Assembly (NCBI GenBank): GCA_964450965.1
Contig: CAYVFF010000009.1
Location: forward strand, 5,384-69,383
Reading direction: 5' to 3'
DNA: 64,000 nucleotides
Source: an uncultured Eubacterium sp.
GTDB lineage: Bacteria; Bacillota; Clostridia; Lachnospirales; Lachnospiraceae
Every line of letters begins with the position of its first letter. Positions within the stretch are counted from its first letter, which is position 1. The notes below the pieces were generated by a model. That model was given only the letters and a program-made list of their open reading frames with translations. It was not told the origin of the DNA and ran no database searches. The position numbers were made by a program, and so were the translations under genes. Below are positions 19,910 to 27,292 of the stretch, in pieces.

Positions 19910-21193
19910 TTACCGTATCGCGTTAAACCCGTTCTCCAGGTCGGCGATGATATCGTCGATATGCTCCGTGCCGATGGAGAGGCGGATCGTGTTCGGCTTG
20001 ATCTCCTGCTCGGCGAGTTCCTCCTCGGAGAGCTGGCTATGCGTCGTCGTCGCCGGGTGGATCACGAGGCTCTTGACATCGGCCACATTTGCAAGAAGCG
20101 AGAATATCTTCAGGCTGTCGATGAACTTGTGGGCCTCCGCCTGCCCGCCCTTGATCTCAAATGTAAAGATTGATCCGCCGCCGTTAGGAAAATATTTCTG
20201 GTATAGCTCATGGTCCGGATGCTCGGGCAGCGACGGATGGTTGACCTTCTCTACCAGCGGATGGCTCGCCAGATACGAGACGACCTTCGCCGTGTTTTCC
20301 GAGTGGCGTTCCACTCTCAGGGAAAGCGTTTCAATCCCCTGAAGGAGCAGGAATGCGGCGAACGGAGAGATGGTAGCGCCGGTATCCCTCAGCAGGATCG
20401 CCCGGATGTACGTCACGAACGCGGCAGGCCCGGCAGCCTTGACAAAAGATACGCCATGATAGCTGGGGTTAGGCTCTGCGATAGCCGGATATTTTCCGGA
20501 GGCCGCCCAGTCAAATTTGCCGGAATCCACTATGACTCCGCCAAGCGTCGTGCCGTGCCCGCCCAGGAATTTCGTGGCGGAATGGACGACGATATCCGCT
20601 CCGTGCTCTATAGGGCGGATCAAATACGGCGTTCCGAAAGTGTTGTCCACCACCAGGGGCAGGCCGTGCTTATGTGCGAGATCCGCAAGCGCGTCTATGT
20701 CGGGGATATCGCTGTTGGGATTGCCGAGGGTCTCGATATAGATGGCCCGCGTATCGTCCTGGATTGCCGCCTCGACCTCGGCAAGGTCATGTATGTTCAC
20801 AAATGTCGACGTGATGCCGAAATTAGGCAGGGTATGCTCCAGCAGGTTATAGCTGCCGCCGTAGATGGTCTTCTGTACCACGAAATGGCCGCCGTTCTGG
20901 CCCAGGGCCTCCAGGGTATATGTAACGGCCGCCGCGCCGGACGCCAAGGCCAGGGCGGAAACTCCACCCTCCAGGGCGGCGACGCGCTTTTCGAGCACGT
21001 CCTGCGTGGAGTTAGTGAGGCGCCCGTAAATGTTGCCGGGGTCGGCAAGACCGAAACGGGCGGCGGCGTGCTCGCAGTTATGGAAGACATACGAGGTCGT
21101 CGCGTAAATCGGCACCGCGCGGGAGTCGGTGACTGGATCGGGCGTTTCCTGCCCTACATGGAGCTGCAGCGTTTCAAATTTATAGTCTGACAT
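19910..21193 (-). CDS. O-acetylhomoserine sulfhydrylase (aminocarboxypropyltransferase)
   Basis: Cys/Met PLP family. N-terminus FETLQLHVGQ..PIYATTSYVF. PLP site HSATKFLGGHG. Confidence 0.9.
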   Translation of the reverse strand: MSDYKFETLQLHVGQETPDPVTDSRAVPIYATTSYVFHNCEHAAARFGLADPGNIYGRLTNSTQDVLEKRVAALEGGVSALALASGAAAVTYTLEALGQNGGHFVVQKTIYGGSYNLLEHTLPNFGITSTFVNIHDLAEVEAAIQDDTRAIYIETLGNPNSDIPDIDALADLAHKHGLPLVVDNTFGTPYLIRPIEHGADIVVHSATKFLGGHGTTLGGVIVDSGKFDWAASGKYPAIAEPNPSYHGVSFVKAAGPAAFVTYIRAILLRDTGATISPFAAFLLLQGIETLSLRVERHSENTAKVVSYLASHPLVEKVNHPSLPEHPDHELYQKYFPNGGGSIFTFEIKGGQAEAHKFIDSLKIFSLLANVADVKSLVIHPATTTHSQLSEEELAEQEIKPNTIRLSIGTEHIDDIIADLENGFNAIR

Positions 21194-21381
21194 GATGATT
21201 TCCTTTCTCTATGCGTCGTTTAATGTGTCGTTTATTCGGTGTCTGGTTTCCTGGCTGTCTGACAGATAGGACACATTCGGCCGAAACGGAAATTTTCCCT
21301 GACCAGTTTCTCAAAGTAACTTTCCAAGTAAAATCCACCTCCTTAATTACAGTATATTTACCTGCTAGATAGGTTGGTAGG

Positions 21382-21410
21382 ATTGTAACACCGGCATCTT
21401 TTCTTGTCAA
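21382..21410 (-). promoter_or_regulatory. Sigma-A promoter of metY-nifS-nifU
   Basis: On the minus strand: TTGACA (21410-21405), 17 nt spacer, TACAAT (21387-21382). This implies a leader of about 180 nt. Confidence 0.6.
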
Positions 21411-21441
21411 TAGGTATTTTGGACAAACAAAATCACGCCCA

Positions 21442-22077
21442 TTACTCTACTCCCCCTGCATCGTATTCCTCCGGCATCGGCGTGGACGCAAGCGTCTCGG
21501 CCGCGCTCTCGATGGCTGGCGCTCCGCCCGGCGCCTCGGCGTCCTCTGCGGCTTCCCTAGGGTCGGGATATTCCTTTTCCTCCTCGTCTTCCCAGAGCGA
21601 GCCGTATTTCTCTTTTTCCTTTTTCTGCATCCTGGCCATCTCGCCAATGGATTTTGCCATTTCATATAGGTCGCCGTCAAATTCCATCAGCTTGCGTTCG
21701 TCCGACAGCGGCACGATCGCGCCCTTCATCAGGCGGCGCGCCACTTCCATGATTTTTGAGAGATTCTCGCCATATTCCTCGGCGGCATCCGCCTGCTGCT
21801 TGGACGTTTCCGCGTTGCAATAGGCAAAATACTGCTCGTTCAGCCTGTCCAGATATTTTTGATATTCGGACTGCTTTTTGTCCAGCGCGCCGATTGACAG
21901 CTCGAGCACGGCCGCCTCCTCTCCGAAAGCCGACTTCTTTTCTTCGTCGTCCGTTTTTTTGATGTTCGCGCGCAGGCCGTCCAGCCGCTTTGTCATATCC
22001 TGTTTCTGCTGCCGGTATGCTGATATCTGGTCCCGGTAGGTTTTCCGCGCCTCTCCTATTTTCATATCATCCACCAT
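21442..22077 (-). CDS. Hypothetical coiled-coil protein with acidic C-terminus
   Basis: Long ORF with typical codon usage. No family recognised. Confidence 0.55.
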   Translation of the reverse strand: MVDDMKIGEARKTYRDQISAYRQQKQDMTKRLDGLRANIKKTDDEEKKSAFGEEAAVLELSIGALDKKQSEYQKYLDRLNEQYFAYCNAETSKQQADAAEEYGENLSKIMEVARRLMKGAIVPLSDERKLMEFDGDLYEMAKSIGEMARMQKKEKEKYGSLWEDEEEKEYPDPREAAEDAEAPGGAPAIESAAETLASTPMPEEYDAGGVE

Positions 22078-22093
22078 CCCTGAAATTTTTATT

Positions 22094-22232
22094 ATGAAAG
22101 CCAGTCCGCATGGACATTAGCGAAGCTAACCCGTATGAGCAAAAAAGCGGCGCGACCGGAGAGAGCGACGCGATTTGCGAATACCGCCGGCGATTGCGAG
22201 AGTGCCGTAGGCACGGAGCAATCGGCTTTCAT
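22094..22232. repeat. E-element copy 1 (long form): ATGAAAGCC...GGCTTTCAT
   Basis: Shares its terminal inverted ends and the core AGCGAnGCTAACCCnTATGAGCAA with the copy at 23711-23764. Confidence 0.6.
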
Positions 22233-22241
22233 TACATAGTG

Positions 22242-22264
22242 CATGCCCCCGCTTGCGGGGCATG
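22242..22264. repeat. P-palindrome copy 1 (CATGCCCC-cgcttgc-GGGGCATG)
   Basis: 8 bp GC-rich stem. Near-identical to the reverse complements of 59361-59388 and 60131-60156. Confidence 0.55.
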
Positions 22265-22338
22265 GGGCTTTGTGCTGCAAGGACAATTCCCCCTATCTTT
22301 TGTCGGAGAGTTCAGGCGGAAAGTTTAGCCTCCGATGC

Positions 22339-23670
22339 TCACATATACCGGTACTTCTTCCTTTTTGCAAAAATGAACATGGACGAGATTGCAAAGGCGA
22401 AAATCTCCGCCGCCACGTCCGCGAGCCATATCCCGTCTAGCCGCAGCAGCGCGGGCAGGATAAGGATTGCCGCCATTTTGAAAACAAAAGTACGCATAAA
22501 AGATATGGCGGCCGACACGCCGCCGTCGTTTAGCGCGGTAAAAAACGATGATGCAAAAATATCGAATCCCGTGATTATGAATGACATCGATGAAATCCGC
22601 AGCGCGCGGACCGTCATTGCGAACAGCTCGGGATTATAGCCGACGAAAATCTTTGACAGCGGAACGGCAAGAAGCTGCGCCGCCGCCGTCATGGCCGCGC
22701 CCGACGCGAACATGATCACGCAGCTCTTCTTCAGCAGATTTTTAAGCTCGGGATGGTTTCCCGCGCCGTAATGGTAGCCGATGACCGGCGCGCTGCCCAT
22801 CGAATATCCTATAAAAATGGCGATGAAAACAAACTGCACGTACATAAGCACCCCGTAAGAGGCCACGCCGTCCTCCCCCGCATACCTTAATAGCTGGAAG
22901 TTGTACAGGATGCCTATCAGCGCGGACGTGGCGTTCGATACCATCTCGGAGGAGCCGTTGGCGCAGGCTTTTATAATCGGCCCTGCCTTTAGCCTTGTTT
23001 TTACGAAATGCAGGAGGCTGTCATTCGGCCGCAGGAAATACACGAGGGGTATGACGGCTCCCACGAACTGGCTTAGCCCGGAGGCAAACGCGGCTCCGGC
23101 CACGCCCCATTTAAACACCGCGACAAACAGCGCGTCGAGCGCCATGTTGGTCAGCCCCGCGGAAACCGTAGCCCAGAGGCCGAGGCCAGGTTTTTCCGCC
23201 GTAATCAGAAAACTCTGGAACGCGTTCTGGAGCATGAAAGCAACGGTAAACGCGGTTATTATGCGGCCATAGAGGACGCAGTAAGGCAGCATCCCGTCTG
23301 TCGCGCCCAGCATGATAGAGACGGGCCTCATGATCGCGAAACCGATGGCGGTGATAATTATGCCGACGATAATGGAAACGCCAGTCATCATTGTAAAATA
23401 TTCGTTCGCCAGCCTGTCTTTCTTCTCGCCCAGCACCTTGGCGACCAGCGCGTTGCCGCCGCTGCCCAGCATGAAACCGAAGCCGCCGAATATCTGGTAG
23501 AGAGGCATGATGAGATTTATCGCCGCGAACGCGGTGTCGCCGACGAAGTTGGAGATGAACAGCCCGTCCACGACGCCGTAGACGGACGTGAACACCATCA
23601 TCACGATGGACGGCAGGACGAAGCGCAGCAGGCGCTTATAGTCAAAATGATCGGATAACTGGATTTTCAT
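22339..23670 (-). CDS. MATE family efflux transporter
   Basis: 12-TM protein with a MATE-type N-terminus (LLRFVLPSIVMMVFTSVYGVVDGLFISNFVG). Confidence 0.85.
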   Translation of the reverse strand: MKIQLSDHFDYKRLLRFVLPSIVMMVFTSVYGVVDGLFISNFVGDTAFAAINLIMPLYQIFGGFGFMLGSGGNALVAKVLGEKKDRLANEYFTMMTGVSIIVGIIITAIGFAIMRPVSIMLGATDGMLPYCVLYGRIITAFTVAFMLQNAFQSFLITAEKPGLGLWATVSAGLTNMALDALFVAVFKWGVAGAAFASGLSQFVGAVIPLVYFLRPNDSLLHFVKTRLKAGPIIKACANGSSEMVSNATSALIGILYNFQLLRYAGEDGVASYGVLMYVQFVFIAIFIGYSMGSAPVIGYHYGAGNHPELKNLLKKSCVIMFASGAAMTAAAQLLAVPLSKIFVGYNPELFAMTVRALRISSMSFIITGFDIFASSFFTALNDGGVSAAISFMRTFVFKMAAILILPALLRLDGIWLADVAAEIFAFAISSMFIFAKRKKYRYM

Positions 23671-23710
23671 GGCGCATCTCCCTATCGTCTATCATGTTCG
23701 CTAGTGTACA

Positions 23711-23764
23711 ATGAAAGCCCGGTCAAGCGACGCTAACCCATATGAGCAATCCGCGGGCTTTCAT
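23711..23764. repeat. E-element copy 2 (short form)
   Basis: ATGAAAGCCCG-(32 nt)-CGGGCTTTCAT, giving 11 bp terminal inverted ends. Lies 41 nt upstream of the MATE start codon. Confidence 0.6.
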
Positions 23765-23850
23765 TCATGGCATGAACGTTTACAATGATAGCCGTAAAGC
23801 CGAGGGTTGTCAATAGTAACGGGCCGCAGGCGTGGAGCGGGAACTGCGCC

Positions 23851-23879
23851 TTGCAACGGTTTTTCGATTGTGTTAAAAT
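23851..23879 (+). promoter_or_regulatory. Sigma-A promoter for the SBP-MCP pair
   Basis: TTGCAA, 17 nt spacer, TGtTAAAAT (extended -10). The GC hairpin GCGCGGCC..GGCCGCGC follows in the 5' UTR. Confidence 0.55.
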
Positions 23880-23955
23880 GGATATGTGAGTGTTTTCGTA
23901 AGTTTCATGGCGCGGCCGCCTTTAGGGCCGCGCGGCATGTTAAGGAGGGCGGGAT

Positions 23956-25287
23956 ATGATGCGAAAACAGGTGGCGCGCAAGCTGGCGGCAGCGGCGCTC
24001 GCGGCAGCGACGGCGGCGGCCCTGCTGGGCGGATGCGGAGAAAAAGAGGACGGCGGATCTGCGGCGGACAGCGGAACCGAGGAGCCGGGAGAGGCCACGG
24101 AGTCCGGCGAATCCGGGACAGGGGAAGACGGCCTGGAGCTTGAATCGGGAACCGTCGAACTGTCGCTTTGGGCCGGAGATTCATACGACGACAGCCTGGG
24201 ACAGATGGTGGAGTCCTTCAAGGAGGAATATGCCGGGCAGGCGGATTTCGAGATTACCATAGTGGAGACCAGCGACTCCAGCACGCGCAACGACGTATTA
24301 GGCGACATATATAACGCGGGCGACGTCTTTTCCATGCCGGACGACCAGCTGTACAGCCTAATCGCGGGCGGGGCTCTCTCGCCGGTGCCGGACCAGGAGA
24401 AGATCAAGGGAGAAAACCTTGCCGAGGCAGTCGACGCGGCTTCGCATAACGGCACGCTGTACGCGTACCCGTATTCGGCGGACAATGGCTATTTCCTATA
24501 TTATAATAAAAAATATTTCACCGACGAGGACGTGAAGACCATGGACGGCATCCTCGCAGCCGCGGAGGCGGCCGGCAAGAAAGTCTCGATGGAGTTTAAT
24601 TCCGGGTGGTATCTGTATTCGTTTTTCGGCAATACCGGCCTGGATTTCGGGATTAACGACGACAGCATCACGAACCATTGCAATTGGAACAGCACGGAAG
24701 GCCCCATAAAGGGCGTGGACATCGCCCAGGCGCTGCTGGATATCACTTCAAGCCCCGCATTCATCGCCCAGCCTGACGACGGGTTCGTCGAGGGGATGCA
24801 GGCGGGCGACGTAATCGCCGGCATCAGCGGCGTCTGGAACGCCACGGCCGTGAAGGAGGCCTGGGGGGATGATTACGGCGCGGTAAGGCTGCCTACCTAT
24901 ACCTGCGCCGGACAGCAGGTCCAGATGGCCTCCTTTACTGGATATAAAATGTATGGCGTAAACACCTACTCCAAGCATCTAGGATGGGCGCACAAGCTCG
25001 CCGAATGGCTGACGAACGAGGAGAGCCAGGTCCTGCGTTTCCAGGCGAGGAGCACAGGCCCGTCGAATATCAATGCGGCCGCGATGGAGGAGGTGGCGAG
25101 GAATCCCGCGATCGCGGCGGTCATCGACCAGTCGCAGTTCGGCTCTCTCCAGCGCGTAGGCAACAGCTATTGGAACGCCTGCATGGACTTCGCCGACACG
25201 ATAGCAGCGGGCAACCCCGACCATATCGCGCTGCAGGATCTGATGGATAAGCTAGTCGAGGGCATCACTGCCTCGGCGGTGGAATAG
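23956..25287 (+). CDS. Extracellular solute-binding lipoprotein (family 1, maltodextrin/sugar type)
   Basis: Lipobox LLGGCG. MalE-like pattern (LSLWAG..., YAYPYSADNGYFLYYNK, SYWNA). Confidence 0.85.
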   Translation: MMRKQVARKLAAAALAAATAAALLGGCGEKEDGGSAADSGTEEPGEATESGESGTGEDGLELESGTVELSLWAGDSYDDSLGQMVESFKEEYAGQADFEITIVETSDSSTRNDVLGDIYNAGDVFSMPDDQLYSLIAGGALSPVPDQEKIKGENLAEAVDAASHNGTLYAYPYSADNGYFLYYNKKYFTDEDVKTMDGILAAAEAAGKKVSMEFNSGWYLYSFFGNTGLDFGINDDSITNHCNWNSTEGPIKGVDIAQALLDITSSPAFIAQPDDGFVEGMQAGDVIAGISGVWNATAVKEAWGDDYGAVRLPTYTCAGQQVQMASFTGYKMYGVNTYSKHLGWAHKLAEWLTNEESQVLRFQARSTGPSNINAAAMEEVARNPAIAAVIDQSQFGSLQRVGNSYWNACMDFADTIAAGNPDHIALQDLMDKLVEGITASAVE

Positions 25288-25297
25288 GAGGCGGCGC

Positions 25298-27031
25298 ATG
25301 AAACAGAAAAAACGGATCAGCATCAAAGTGATTATAATGGTACCGGTACTCCTGCTCGGAATAGTGTCGATTTTTTCCAATGTCGAAGCAATCATGAATC
25401 TCGGCAGGGTCAACAGGACGGCCGTGACGATAGCCGACGAGCATATGGCGCATACGCTCGAGCTTAGCGACGTGCAGAAAAGGACGCAGGCTATACACAA
25501 GATGGCGCTCTCGCACATTATCGCTACCGACCTTGACACGATGATATCCATGGTAGATTCGCTGCGCGCGGAGGAGGACTCGCTTGACGAATATATCGCG
25601 GAATACGGAGACGACATGCGCGAGAGCGATCCCGCGGTCTATGACGATCTGATAGCGAACTACGAGAACATGAAATACGCCATCGGAAACCTCCTGGCAT
25701 TCAGCGGAAACTCGGACAAGCAGTCCGCCTTCGCGCTCGCAAATGGCGAGATAAAGCAATATAGCGAGGCTATCGAGGGCGATATCGAGAAGATGTTAGA
25801 TGAGGCGAAGTCTAGCGCGTCGGCTGCCAGCGAAGACCTTTCCAGGGAATACAATATGGCCGTCGCCCGTAATCTCGCGATAGTCGCGGTATGCGTTATC
25901 GCGATGATATTCGCGATTTACGGCGTATTCGCGCTCATTATCAAAAAGCTCAATATCACGAACCGCGAGCTGCATGACATCATCCAGGGCATCGATAACA
26001 AGGAGAGCGACCTGACCAAGCGCGTGAGCATCCTTTCCAATGATGAGATTTCCGACCTGGGCAAGGGCATAAATACGTTCATGGACAAGCTGCAGCATAT
26101 CATGCGGATGATCATCGAGAATTCCACGAAGCTGGAGACGGTCGTAGACGAGGTGCAGCGCAGCGTGCGCACGTCCAATGACAGCGCTACCGATCTTTCC
26201 GCCGTGACGGAGGAGCTTTCTGCTACGATGCAGGAAGTCGGGCATTCGGCGGCCCTTATAAACGAAAACGCGGACTCCGTTCGCAGCGAGACCGAGGATA
26301 TAGCGGACAAGTCCGGCAGCATCAACGACTATTCCAAGAAGATGAAGGACAATGCCGACCAGATGGAATCGAACGCCCGCCAGAATATGCAGGAGACGAA
26401 TGCAAAGGTACAGCAGATTCTCGCCGTATTGAACGAGGCGATCGAGGAGAGCCGCAGCGTCGAGCAGGTAAACGGCCTTACGAACGAGATCCTGAGCATC
26501 TCCAGCCAGACGAACCTTCTCGCGTTGAACGCGTCTATCGAGGCCGCGCGCGCCGGCGAGGCGGGCCGGGGATTCGCGGTGGTTGCTGACGAGATAAGGC
26601 AGCTCGCAGATTCCAGCCGCGAGACGGCTAACCGCATCCAGGACATAAACGGCGTCGTCACGAACGCGGTACGGAATCTGGCGGAGAACGCTAACGAGCT
26701 CGTCCGGTATATGACAGGCTCGATCCTGCCGGAATTCGAGAATTTCGTCGAGAGCGGCGCGCAATACCGCGAGAACGCGTCATATATAGAGCAGGTAATG
26801 AATGAATTCCATGAAAAGACGGATTCGCTAAAGAGCGCGGTAGACGAGATCGCGGAGTCCATAGGCGCTATTACGGACGCCATCGAGGAGGGCGCGCGCG
26901 GCGTCACCGGCGCGGCCGAGAGCACGCAGATTCTGGTCGAGGATATGGAAAACATCAGCAACAGGATGAGCGAAAACCAGGAGATTGCCGAGAAGCTCCA
27001 GAAAGAGACGGATGTTTTTCAGAAATTCTGA
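25298..27031 (+). CDS. Methyl-accepting chemotaxis protein
   Basis: Two TM helices flank a sensor domain of about 160 aa. HAMP domain. Conserved signalling hairpin (ISSQTNLLALNASIEAARAGEAGRGFAVVADEIRQLA). Confidence 0.9.
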   Translation: MKQKKRISIKVIIMVPVLLLGIVSIFSNVEAIMNLGRVNRTAVTIADEHMAHTLELSDVQKRTQAIHKMALSHIIATDLDTMISMVDSLRAEEDSLDEYIAEYGDDMRESDPAVYDDLIANYENMKYAIGNLLAFSGNSDKQSAFALANGEIKQYSEAIEGDIEKMLDEAKSSASAASEDLSREYNMAVARNLAIVAVCVIAMIFAIYGVFALIIKKLNITNRELHDIIQGIDNKESDLTKRVSILSNDEISDLGKGINTFMDKLQHIMRMIIENSTKLETVVDEVQRSVRTSNDSATDLSAVTEELSATMQEVGHSAALINENADSVRSETEDIADKSGSINDYSKKMKDNADQMESNARQNMQETNAKVQQILAVLNEAIEESRSVEQVNGLTNEILSISSQTNLLALNASIEAARAGEAGRGFAVVADEIRQLADSSRETANRIQDINGVVTNAVRNLAENANELVRYMTGSILPEFENFVESGAQYRENASYIEQVMNEFHEKTDSLKSAVDEIAESIGAITDAIEEGARGVTGAAESTQILVEDMENISNRMSENQEIAEKLQKETDVFQKF

Positions 27032-27038
27032 CGCATAT

Positions 27039-27078
27039 AAAGCAAGGGACCCGGGAATCCCGGGCCCCTTTGCTTTTT
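27039..27078. terminator. Bidirectional terminator between the MCP gene and copA
   Basis: AAAGCAAGGGaCCCGGG-aat-CCCGGGcCCCTTTGCTTT, with a T-run on the plus strand and a T-rich flank on the minus strand. Confidence 0.7.
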
Positions 27079-27292
27079 AAGCTACTTCTACCGACAGGAC
27101 CTTGTAGTCCCTGGCCTCGACTGCGGCCTTCAGGGCGTCGTCTCCGACGTCTGAGGAGAGCGTCACGACCGCCGTGCCGTCCTCGTGGCTGACGTCGGCG
27201 CTTTCCACGCCGCCCAGCTCCTCGAGGGCTTTTTTGACGGTCGCCTCGCAATGCCCGCACATCATTCCTTCGATTCTCATAGTCTTTACCAT
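27077..27292 (-). other. CopZ-like HMA module with its own SD and ATG inside the copA reading frame
   Basis: On the minus strand: AAGGAGG (27307-27301), 8 nt spacer, ATG (27292-27290), then MVKTMRIEGMMCGHCEATVKKALE... Confidence 0.6.

Noticed and set aside
21330-21348. T-box-like string AATTAAGGAGGTGGATTTT (minus strand) in the metY leader.
   Set aside because: It lies only about 30-45 nt from the predicted transcription start rather than at the 3' antiterminator position. It lacks the GGGUGGUACCGCG core, and no specifier-loop or terminator architecture is evident.
22094-23764. E-elements flanking the MATE gene, considered as integron attC sites or a gene cassette.
   Set aside because: There are no GTTRRRY / RYYYAAC core sites, no intI gene and no cassette array. 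The element ends do not resemble attC.
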